The position numbers and the translations under genes are program-made. Positions 26,258 through 36,214 of a stretch of DNA of 64,000 nucleotides are shown here, in pieces (position 1 is the stretch's first letter; every line of letters starts with the position of its first letter). The stretch is from Saccostrea echinata (lineage: Eukaryota): the NCBI RefSeq assembly GCF_033153115.1, contig NW_026889794.1, positions 4,526,001 to 4,590,000 of the forward strand. Reading direction: 5' to 3'. The notes beneath the pieces were generated by a model. That model worked only from the letters and a program-made list of their open reading frames with translations. It had not been told where the DNA came from and searched no databases.

Positions 26258-27038
26258 AGGTGCTTAGACACAGATTTGAACTTAATATTTTCTCAAATTT
26301 TCTGTATAATATCACGACTTATATATTGCAATAGCATTTCACACGAAAATATAATAAAAAAACTTATTTTATCTGGAAATTATTGGAACTACGAATTCCG
26401 GGACGCGTTTGATTAACACATCTTTGCACTTACACAAATTTTAACATTATCCTTAATATTTAAGAAAAGAAGCGATTTTGTTATGTAAAAATGAAAAATA
26501 TTACATCTAAAATCCAGAAAATTCAGAGTAGAAATGTTCGAAAGCAAAACCAAATCACCAGTATTGTCAGTACGTGCTCTGTGATGTGTATAGAATTTAA
26601 CAAATTAAACACATCCGTGAAACGTAAACTGTTTTTGTAAACAGGGCACGAGCTCTGTTATTATTAATGTTTACGATTCACCGGGTGTGTTCAATTGTTA
26701 AACTCTGCACACACCACTGAGCACGGACTTACAATACTGTGAGTGAGTTTTGCTTTCGAACATTTCCACTCTGAATTTACTGGGTTATAGTTTTAATATT
26801 TTTCATTAATACACAACAAAATTGCCACTTTTCTTCAGTATTAAGAATAAAATTAAAATATGTGAAAGCGCAAGGATGTGTCAATCAAACGCGTCCAGAA
26901 ATTCGAAGTTTTAATAACTTCGAGATGAAATAAGATTTTTATTGTATTTTAGTATGAAATGCTATGGCAACATATAAGTCACGAAATTATACCGACAATT
27001 TGAGAAAATATTAACTTCAATTCTGTGTCCAAGCACCT
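26258..27038. mobile_element. TTAA-flanked (Kolobok-like) foldback element with ~330-bp inverted arms
   Basis: TTAA|aggtgcttagacacaga ... tctgtgtccaagcacct|TTAA. Arms are colinear inverted copies, e.g. ggacgcgtttgatt 26401 vs tcaaacgcgtcc 26885. Confidence 0.85.
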
Positions 27039-27758
27039 TTAAATAGAACAACACCTATTCTAATTTTAATATAAATCAGGTAATCATCCTTAAATGGAGA
27101 ATCCAAAGGGAATTTTTAGATATGCGTGCTGATTCTATGTGTCATATATTTGCATATATGAATTCTTCATGTTGTTTTTCTCAAGTATAAATATACAAGG
27201 GTTGTTCGGAAGTTATTGAGACATTGTGTATATTCTTTCAAATGAACATAGTTTGGTGAAAATTGGCATTTGCGTTAAACTTACAAAAATAAATAAATAA
27301 ATAGATCAATTAATTAATTAATTAATACATAAAGGCAAGAAATGAAATATTTCAGAAATATTTTTATTTCTTGTTATGGTATATCAATGAATTGATGATA
27401 TGGTAACCCGGCGCAGTCAAGAAATCGGATAATGACAATTAGTATATTACTACGTAAATAGTTCAGGTTGGACAAGTGGGAAAATTATATAAATTATGTT
27501 TGTAATTTTTAAGATTTTTTTTTTTGGTCTTTGTTTTATGCAGGTTTGATAGAATTTGGACAAGAAATACAGAGATAGAAATCAGATAACGACAGCAAAA
27601 TGAATTGATGTCAAGGCGGAGCAATGAGCATATCTGGCATTTTGTGTCATTTTCATTTTCAATTCAGTCTTCAAAGTAAAATTAAAATACTGTTTAAAGA
27701 GTACACAAAATGATAAACATACTACACAAAACTGTAAATGAGCAAAGTTTAAAAGGAA

Positions 27759-27790
<32 letters not shown>

Positions 27791-27977
27791 TTAAGGCAAA
27801 TGAAAATTTAATCATTCTGGTAATAACAGAGGTGAATCATTTATTCAGAACATTACCGATAAAAAGAATAAATAATCTTAAACGGACAATTAATAAAAAC
27901 ACTGTAATAAAAATATTATTAAAGCAATTGAACATTTAAACTTATGGATTTCTCTTCAATTTTGCAAGGTTTAAACG

Positions 27978-30111
27978 TCATAATCCATTTGTGACTGGTC
28001 TAGGAAGGCTATAGAGGATATGACATTTACAGTAATCCTCAGGACAGTGTCCTGCTTTACATGTGTTTAAACACCAGGAAGCAGCGTCATCTTTGGCGCC
28101 AAATTTTGACAAGACTGGCTCACACACAAGAACCTGTGTTGGAATTTGGCAGTCACAGGTACAGAGGTTCTCGGGACAGTTACCAAGCTTACAGTTGGTT
28201 TCACACCAGCCATCCATCTCCTTTTTTGTGCTCTCCAGGACGGGTGTGGCAGAGCTTTGAGGATATTTATAACAATATTTTATACAGGTTTTTCCAACGA
28301 TGTGCACATTCTGTGAAGTGGGATATTCATTTGGTGAATGACCTGTGATGGAGAATCATAAAAAATTATTGAATAGGAATAAATANNNNNNNNNNNNNNN
28401 NNNNNNNNNNNNNNNNNNNNNNNNNNNNNNNNNNNNNNNNNNNNNNNNNNNNNNNNNNNNNNNNNNNNNNNNNNNNNNNNNNNNNNNNNNNNNNNNNNNN
28501 NNNNNNNNNNNNNNNNNNNNNNNNNNNNNNNNNNNNNNNNCAAATGTTCAGATGTACAAATTTGTATGAAGTGTACTCACTGTGGTTACACTGTACGTCT
28601 TTCAGTAATGGTTGAAGGGTTGCTTCGAGATAATGATGGACAAATTGACCTGCAGATTCCCCACATGATATCTTAGTTTTCTCCTCAATGCAAGTTATTG
28701 CTTCTTTTGATGTCCTGCAAGATAAAACAAGCCCCATAAAACTCTGTAAAATAGCCGTAATTATCGAAGCATCGAAGCAAAATGAAATACATGTCATTCT
28801 TTTTTACAAATTTGAAATTTAATCTTTATCGTGTTTCAAATGAAGAAAAATTCTTAATCAAATGTCTGAAAATAGTATTTTACAGTTATCCCTAAAACAG
28901 CCCCATAAATACATACATTGCTTTAGCAACAGAAACTAAAAAATGCATTAATCCAAAGCAGACATTAAAACTACGACATCGTATATTTTCAGGTATGAAC
29001 CTTTACCTGCATTTTTCACTGGAAAGATTCCGACCATTGTCCTTGGCCTTGCTTACATTTTTGGACAGCTCCATCATATCATTCATACAAGTCAATGTGC
29101 TGGTTTGAAACGCATCAGTCATCAAGCAGTGGAAATGATTAATGAAACCTGTACCGTTGTGAAAATACAAATTCTATGTTTATTTTACCTTTCTTGATAT
29201 TATTTGTTTTTTATTGTGCAAGATGGTAATTTTTTTATTAGTTGCAGTTTTTATATTTGTAAGGTAATTACAATCATTTTTGACTCATTAAAAATTAAAG
29301 AATGCTACATTGTTTTACCTTGTTTACCATCTGTGCACAGAAAATTTCCAGCTGATATGATGGTGTCTAATGACAGAGTGTCGTCGGAAGGACAATTAGT
29401 TCTGTAGTCTTGCATGCATAAATCGAGTTTTGTTTGAGCACTAAAAGAACAAATTTACGGCATTTAGTCGTTTCAAAGATAAATTTCGAGAGAAGAATTT
29501 GAAAGAAATAATGTTTTTCAAACGGTTCTGAATACAGTTTATGTATCAAAAAGTGTGCAAGTCTTCAATATATTCATTTTTACAATTTCTTGAAGAGAAA
29601 AAAAAACAAAAAAAAAACGATCCATTTCCTTTAAGCTCCTTTCTATCAGACCTCAGTTAAAAAAAATCCAACTACACAAAAAGTGGACTTACCTACAATA
29701 TTCCTCAGTTGCATATTGGGCATTCAAAGTCTTCAAGAATTCAGGTGTTCTAAACCTGTTCATGATTTCTGGCACAGATGACTCACTCCAGCATTTTAAA
29801 ACACCATTAATGTCACACTGTTGTACAGTGGTTCCTAGTAAAAATATATTTCGCGATTAATCCAAAATGCTATTCAATTTTTTTTCCTAAGGATCGAGGC
29901 CCTTAAAGTTTCTATTAATTCATTTAATTTTAAACACAGGAATTGGCAAAGCTTCTTTAATTTCATTGTGTAATAAAAGTAAAAAATATAGCTTTATCTT
30001 GTTGATAAAATTTAGGAGTTGCTCTGTTTCTTAGAACATCTGTTACTTGACCGTGGTTCTCTGCTTACCTGCTATAACGACAGACAACACCAGTATAGGT
30101 AGCTGCTTCAT
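27978..30111 (-). CDS. Gene C: secreted 12-Cys module protein with two C-terminal WCxx[NT]CxxGxCPxxxCxC repeats, ~315 aa
   Basis: Exons 30111-30069, 29834-29693, 29440-29319, 29148-29007, 28714-28581, 28342-27978 (948 nt, open frame, GT-AG). [21 protein letters not shown]...; tail [21 protein letters not shown] ... [20 protein letters not shown]. The last intron contains the N gap. Confidence 0.82.
28386..28540. other. Assembly gap (155 N)
   Basis: Run of n inside gene C intron 5. Confidence 1.
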
Positions 30112-30767
30112 ATTTGGTGAATACTTCATTTCTATTTCTGTCTTATTATTGTCTCAAATATAATAGTAAGAAAACCATCCCCTCAGAAGTGAGGTAATTG
30201 TTTTAAAAACACTCTTATTAACCTGTTTACGTCAGAATACGTGCAGCACAGGAAGTTGACCTATCATCTTAAGATATTGTTTCACGGTACAAAAGAAATG
30301 ACGCATTTCACCTTGAAAACAAATATAGTTTTTTTTATTGGTCAATTTAAGGCGGGGGAGATGTACTGAGGATTTCCGGATTGTTAGAGAGGAAGCAACT
30401 AATATATTGGGAGTAAATAAATAAATAAAAGAAATGAATATGAAAATGACAGTGGTACGGTAAGGAGGATAACCATTACTGTTGGAAACAAATGTCATTC
30501 CAGAAGAAATGAACTGGAGCGGATAAAGAAATGAAACATTTTCTTGCTGAAACGTCGTATCTCATTTATTCCTTAAAGCTTTTTACATCTTCTAAGCATT
30601 ATATCATGATTTAAAAGCAAAACAAAACAAAAACTATATTTTAAAAAGACATATACATCAACATGAATATAAATATGAATATCTGCATTTCCTAGGATGT
30701 CTGCAGGTTAAAACATCTCTAAAACAGGCAATATTGAGAGACTAGAAACTTTACTCATTAAAAAGTA

Positions 30768-30939
30768 CAGTTAATCTTCGGTATCTCGAAACTGATATAT
30801 CTCGAATACCATGGATAATTCGAAATGATTTGGAAGCCCCTACTTATTCTTTAAGTATTTTACCCTCGATATCTCGAATCCTCGGACATCTCAATTTTTT
30901 TTCCCGGTCCATTGAGTTCGAGATAGTGAGGTTTAACTG
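30768..30939. mobile_element. pogo/Tigger-like MITE
   Basis: TA|cagttaatcttcggtatctcgaa ... ttcgagatagtgaggtttaactg|TA, with repeated atatctcga. Confidence 0.75.
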
Positions 30940-31472
30940 TAGATGGACATGGTTAGGCAAATATGAGGTGAAAAACTAAAATTCAATTCTAACAAAATTT
31001 CTTTGATATTTCATCTAACATTAAAGTATACTTTACGTAAAATCTCCACAATGTGCAAAAATCTCACAAAGATTGAAATCATTTGCCTACAATTTAGTAT
31101 ACACACACCAAAGAGGGCAAACAGGGTGATTTTCTCATATTTTAACACAATTTTCCATGTGAGTGGGTCTTTTCTCCATTTTTTTGAACGTTTATCCTCA
31201 AAGGTTGCGTAAAAATGTACATTTTCGGTTAACAAAAATACGGAGCAAAGACCCATAATACCTTAAAAATTTACTTTGTATGACACAACATTCGCATCTT
31301 TCCGAGAAATACTTTAGAAGTCTATTTAGTCAAGGGTCATATCACAAACATGATTTAAATGCCAATACTCATAAGGAGGTGTGTAGCATACTGGTTATCG
31401 TGTTAATCTCAAAGGAAAATTATACTCAGTATTTTTATTGCTAGGGTTCGAACCCCTAGAATATCACATTAT

Positions 31473-32470
31473 TTTTAGCTCACCTCAATGAAGTCGGGGG
31501 AGCTTAATATGCAAAACCCTCGGCGTCGGTGTCAGCTTCGGCGTCCCAGATTAAAGTTTTTTGAGCAGATATCTTTTCAAGTACTTCTATGCCCTATATT
31601 AATCGGAGATACATGGAAGAGGCTTCTAGTGTGTTTCATTGTACCAGTCAAGGTTTCAGATGCTGCAATTTCAGCTAAAGAATGACAAGGTTAATGTTTT
31701 TGGAGCAGGTTAAAGTTTTTGGAGCAGGTCTCGTTTCAAAGTAAATATAAGGCCTATGTTTACCAAACTTGCATGGATGATACATCTAAGGATGCACACT
31801 ACCAGACTTGCTTTGGATGTTGGATCTGACCTACATTTTCCGGATGAGTGATCAGGTAAACATTTTTGGAGCAGACCTCATTTCCAAGTAACTATAAGCC
31901 CTATATTGACCAAACTTGCATGGATGATACTTCTAAGGATGCAAACTACTTGACTTGCTTTGGATGCTGGATCTGACCTACATTTCCGGATGAGTGACCA
32001 GATGAAAGATTTTGGTGCAGATCTCATTTCTTATTAACTATAAGCCCCATATTGACCAAACTTGCATGGATGATACATCTAAGGATGCGCACTACTGGAT
32101 TTGCTTCGGATGCTGTATCTAACCTACATTTTCCAGATGAGTGACCAGGTTAAAGGTTTTGGTTCAGGTCCATTGCCAAGAAACTATAAGGCCTATCTGA
32201 ACCAAACTTGCATGGATGCTGCATTAGTTACCAACACTCTTAAACTTGCTTCAGATGCTGGATTTGACTAACATTTTCTGGATGAGTTACTAGTTTTAAG
32301 TTTTTAGATAAGTACATTCCCAAGTAACTGCAAGCCATATAAGATCAAAATTGCATAATATTGCATCTAGGATTGCACACTAGTAGATTATTAGTTTAGT
32401 TGGGAATTTGCCTTACTTAAAGACAACATTCGTTGAGGTGAGCTCTGTCATCTCTGATTACCTATGTTTT
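31473..32470 (+). mobile_element. HINE-like element with a ~146-bp tandem array
   Basis: Subterminal inverted repeat agctcacctcaa(t)gaa / ttcgttgaggtgagct; units ccaaacttgcatggatg at ~31763, 31910, 32056, 32202. Confidence 0.75.
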
Positions 32471-32612
32471 AATAATAGAAAAAAAAATTTGCAGAGAAAA
32501 TTTTCCTTAGAAATTTTTTGTTTGTCAAATTTTCATAAATTTTAACAATGAAAATTTTACTCTAAATACTTAATTCACAAAATGAATATGATTTTTAATA
32601 TATCTGAAGCTA

Positions 32613-33031
32613 CCCTAACAAAAAAATACTATAGTATAGTTAACTATAGTTTACTATAGTTAACTATAGTAAATCAAAGTGTCAAAGTTATCACTATAGT
32701 AAATCAAAGTTTTCAAAGTGATCGCTATAGTGTCATAGTGATCACTATAGTAAATCAAAGTTTTCAAAGTGATCACTATAGTGTCAAAGTTATCACTATA
32801 GTAAATCAACGTTTTCAAAGTTATCATCATAGTAAATCAACGTTTTAACCATAGTAAATCAAAGTTTTCATAGTGATCACTATAATAAATCAAAGTTTTC
32901 ATATTTAAACACTTTAGTAAATCAAAGTGTCAAAGTTATCACTATAGTAAATCAAAGTTTTCATAGTGTCAAAGTTATCACTATAGTTAACTATAGTAAA
33001 CTATAGTTAACTATAGTATTTTTTGTTAGGG
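32613..33031. mobile_element. TA-flanked MITE filled with 19-32 bp tandem repeats
   Basis: TA|ccctaacaaaaaaatactatagt ... actatagtattttttgttaggg|TA; interior is (cactatagtaaatcaaagt...)n. Confidence 0.8.
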
Positions 33032-33425
33032 TATACGCATACTGCAAGCCTTATTCGCCCATCTCCTTTTTGAAACTAATTTAAAAAGTTCTCTTTTGAA
33101 ATAGGTCGCTGTTTTCATATATTGTTCGTCTTTATTTGTCTATCTCCTTGCAATTCTTTAGTAGCGAAGGGTACAACCTTTCAAAATGTTTCTAAATACT
33201 CTTTTCCTGAACTTAAAAAAACCAAAACATTTCTTTGTTTATTATCTTGTCTGCAGATAAACAAAGTAATAGACACATATAAAAGCATTCGTCGTCTTTA
33301 TTTGGAGGCAAAGGCAGAGAAGAAGAAATTATTTGGAAGAACAGTTATTCGACATTATTTTTCCAAGGCCTTTAAACAAAAAAAAAATCCCATTTAACTT
33401 TGACCGTTAATTTGAAATGATCTAA

Positions 33426-33487
33426 GGACGTCTCTATATGAGTGAAAAATTCTCGAATGGGACGTTAAACAACATACAATCAATCAA
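33426..33487 (+). mobile_element. 5'-truncated copy of the same SINE 3' tail
   Basis: Matches 19473-19535 with one mismatch; 13-bp TSD tgaaatgatctaa (33413-33425 / 33488-33500). Confidence 0.85.
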
Positions 33488-33509
33488 TGAAATGATCTAA
33501 ACCTTTACT

Positions 33510-33600
33510 TTTTAGCTCACCTGAGCCAAAGGCTCAAGTGAGCTTTTATGATCAAAATTTGTCCGTTGTCTGTCGTTGTCGTGGTCGTTGGCGTTGTCGT

Positions 33601-33637
<37 letters not shown>

Positions 33638-34217
33638 TACTAGACGAATTTTAACCAAACTTGGCACAGGGTATCCTTGGGTTAAGGGGATTCAAATTTG
33701 CTCAAATGAAGGGACACGCCCTCCTCCAAGAGGAGATAATTACGAAATAGCGAAAAATTATAGCATCATTGAAAAATCTTCTTCTCAAGAACCAATGGGC
33801 CAGGAAAGATGAAACTCATGTGGAATCATTGTCAGGTGGTGTAGGTTCAAGTTAGTTCAAATCATGACCCCCGGGGGTAGGGTGGGGCCACAATGGATGA
33901 TCAAAGTTTACACAGGAGATATGGAAGCATCCTCAGATAGCGTAGGTTCAAGTTTGTTCAAATCATGACCCCTTGGGGGTAGGTAGGGGCCACAATGAAA
34001 GTTCAAACTTGTAGGGAAAAAAGGTCACATTTAAAAAAAATATCTAAGCATCCTTCGTTATTGTAGATTCAATTGTGTTCAAATCATACCCTCCCCCTCT
34101 TCTTAGGGGTAGGTCGGGACCACTTTTGCATTTAAGCTTTTCAATACTAAACTGATTTTTGCTTTTTTCCTAGCCACATGCTCAGGTGAGCGATGTGGCC
34201 TCTGGGACTCTTGTTTA
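33510..34217 (+). mobile_element. Second copy of the Cg170-like HINE family
   Basis: Same termini (tttagctcacctgagcc ... ctcaggtgagcgatgtggcctctgggactcttgttt) and monomers as 5662-6832. Confidence 0.8.
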
Positions 34218-34702
34218 TATATGCATTTGAAATTTCTGGAACACAATGATCAAAATTCTACTTTTTTGCTGCCACCCTCATAAATCTATACAACTTTTCA
34301 TCACTTGTGAAGTCATAATTGTGAAACTTAGAATGAAAATTTAAATATAAGCGGAGAAATTATGCATTTACTTATATCAACAAGGCTTCAGTTGTTATTT
34401 TCATGAGTTTGAAAAAAAAAAAAAAATGTCCCAAGGTAGTTTTGAATTCTGCAGGTTCATATCCAAAGGGAAGACCTTATCTGTATACCATATCATATTT
34501 CTCTAACTGCAATCGGCCAGGACCTCAACAAATGTAAATAAAAAAAAGGCAAGGTTTGCACCATTTAATCAAATAACAAACAACTGTTGCTGGTTTTCAT
34601 TTAAGTCATTACGATGAGCAACCCGCGAAGTACAATATTCATCTCGCCCTTCATTTAATTAATTTTTTTAATGTATTTTTTTTTAAAAATTTTTTTAACC
34701 TA

Positions 34703-34929
34703 CCGTATAGCGGGTAATTTTAGCGGGGTGCTAATTTTGGTTTATTTTAGCGTTTTGGTAGTAGCCCAGTAAAATTTTAATCTCGAAAATATTCAGTATT
34801 CTTCTAAGTGTTCTTTTGAAAAGTGTTTGAGCCCTGTGTCCGCTACATTAATAACGCCAAAATTTTTGGCATGCTTTTGAGCAAGCAAAACGCTAAATTT
34901 TACCCCCGCCAAGAAAACCCGCTATAGGG
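34703..34929. mobile_element. TA-flanked MITE
   Basis: TA|ccgtatagcgggt..gcggggtg ... cccccgcc..acccgctataggg|TA. Confidence 0.7.
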
Positions 34930-35182
34930 TATTCATTTTTCGTGTATCTAAGACTAGAAATGGAACCTCGATTGTCTTAGTATGAGCCAATTCATGTTAT
35001 CAATACTATAATTAGCTCAAAAGTTTTACAGAATTCGGAGAATTTTTCTAGTTCTGAGCAAAATCTTTATAGTGAACATTTATTACTTAAAATTATTTAA
35101 AACATTCGCCATAAAATGCCTTTTTATTACTGTGAGAACTGCATTAAACAAGGACTGCATAACTGAACATCCTGAATACGTT

Positions 35183-36214
35183 CTATAAAACTGAGTTTGT
35201 TCTCCGATACGAAAGCAAAATATTGTCTGAACCTTTGGATCGGCGTTTGAAATCTTCTATGTCAGTGATAAAATTACGAATCTTGCTCTCCAAAGATCCG
35301 TCGCCTTTTGCCCAAGCGGCCATTTTTAACTTTCTTTCCTCTTTTTCTTTGTCGGGTTTACCGAATTTCTCTTCGTGTTGAATTTTGCTCATTTCCTCTA
35401 ACTCCCGCCTAGATTTTGTCTCCTTCATTTTCCGCGTATTAACACCAAACACTACCACAGGATGAATATCCACTGCCTCTAGAACCTCGCCATCTTTTAG
35501 CTGTCTTAATTTGGATGTCATAGGACGTCTCGTCCTACCACCAGATCTCTTTAAATCTCGAATGTTTCTCGCACGATCTCGTATGTTGGATGGTGCTGCA
35601 GACTGGGTTTGTCGAATGTTTGAAATAGACATGGACTGACGATGAAGGTCATCAGAAGGAGAATTGTTCTGTTTATTAGAGTTAAATCTTCTAAATGATA
35701 ACTTGAACATGGCCACATTAACAGGTCTAAGTTTAATTTCATCCTCAGATGCTTCGTTGGAATTATTTGCGTCTGTAGTATTTTCTTCCTTCTCTGTTGA
35801 CACTCTACTCTGATTGGAGTCTAGATTTTCATTTTTTGATTTAGATATCTCATTTTTATTAATATCCGTCTCCTCTTTCTCTGAAATAGTTTCTCTCATT
35901 ACAGCTGAAGTTCCACGAGATTTAGAAAAGGATCCAGATTTACTGCTAGACTCGTACAACTTGACACTGTTCGGTCGGTCTTTCTTTTTGATGGCTTTAC
36001 TTAATTGTTGTATTTCCTCAGCCTGACGCCGGGCCTCCATCAGACTATAATCACTGTCAATCGTGGCCTTGTACTTTGCCTTATGGATCTGGTGAATCCT
36101 ACTTTCCAGTTGAGAGTCCAGCTGGTCATTCTCCAGGTAAGTCTCACTCCAGTCTATTCCGGACTTTTTGAAGTCCATGTCTGAAGCAGACCTGGTTAAT
36201 GTGGGGGCTGACAT
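35183..36214 (-). CDS. Uncharacterised charged/low-complexity protein, 343 aa, single coding exon
   Basis: 1032-nt ORF in AT-rich DNA, K/R/E/S-rich with probable coiled segments. Acceptor tttcag| lies 11 nt upstream of the ATG (exon starts 36225). Candidate 5' non-coding exon donor gtaagt at ~37753, next to a CpG-richer patch at 37790-38040. No family recognised. Confidence 0.75.
   Translation of the reverse strand: MSAPTLTRSASDMDFKKSGIDWSETYLENDQLDSQLESRIHQIHKAKYKATIDSDYSLMEARRQAEEIQQLSKAIKKKDRPNSVKLYESSSKSGSFSKSRGTSAVMRETISEKEETDINKNEISKSKNENLDSNQSRVSTEKEENTTDANNSNEASEDEIKLRPVNVAMFKLSFRRFNSNKQNNSPSDDLHRQSMSISNIRQTQSAAPSNIRDRARNIRDLKRSGGRTRRPMTSKLRQLKDGEVLEAVDIHPVVVFGVNTRKMKETKSRRELEEMSKIQHEEKFGKPDKEKEERKLKMAAWAKGDGSLESKIRNFITDIEDFKRRSKGSDNILLSYRRTNSVL

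Noticed and set aside
28280-28797. ORFs spanning the X run
   Set aside because: Artefacts of the N gap; only 28581-28714 and the part from 28342 down are supported as exons.
32613-33031. CRISPR-like array
   Set aside because: Repeats are contiguous with no unique spacers, are bounded by TIRs and TA, and lie in eukaryotic DNA without cas genes.
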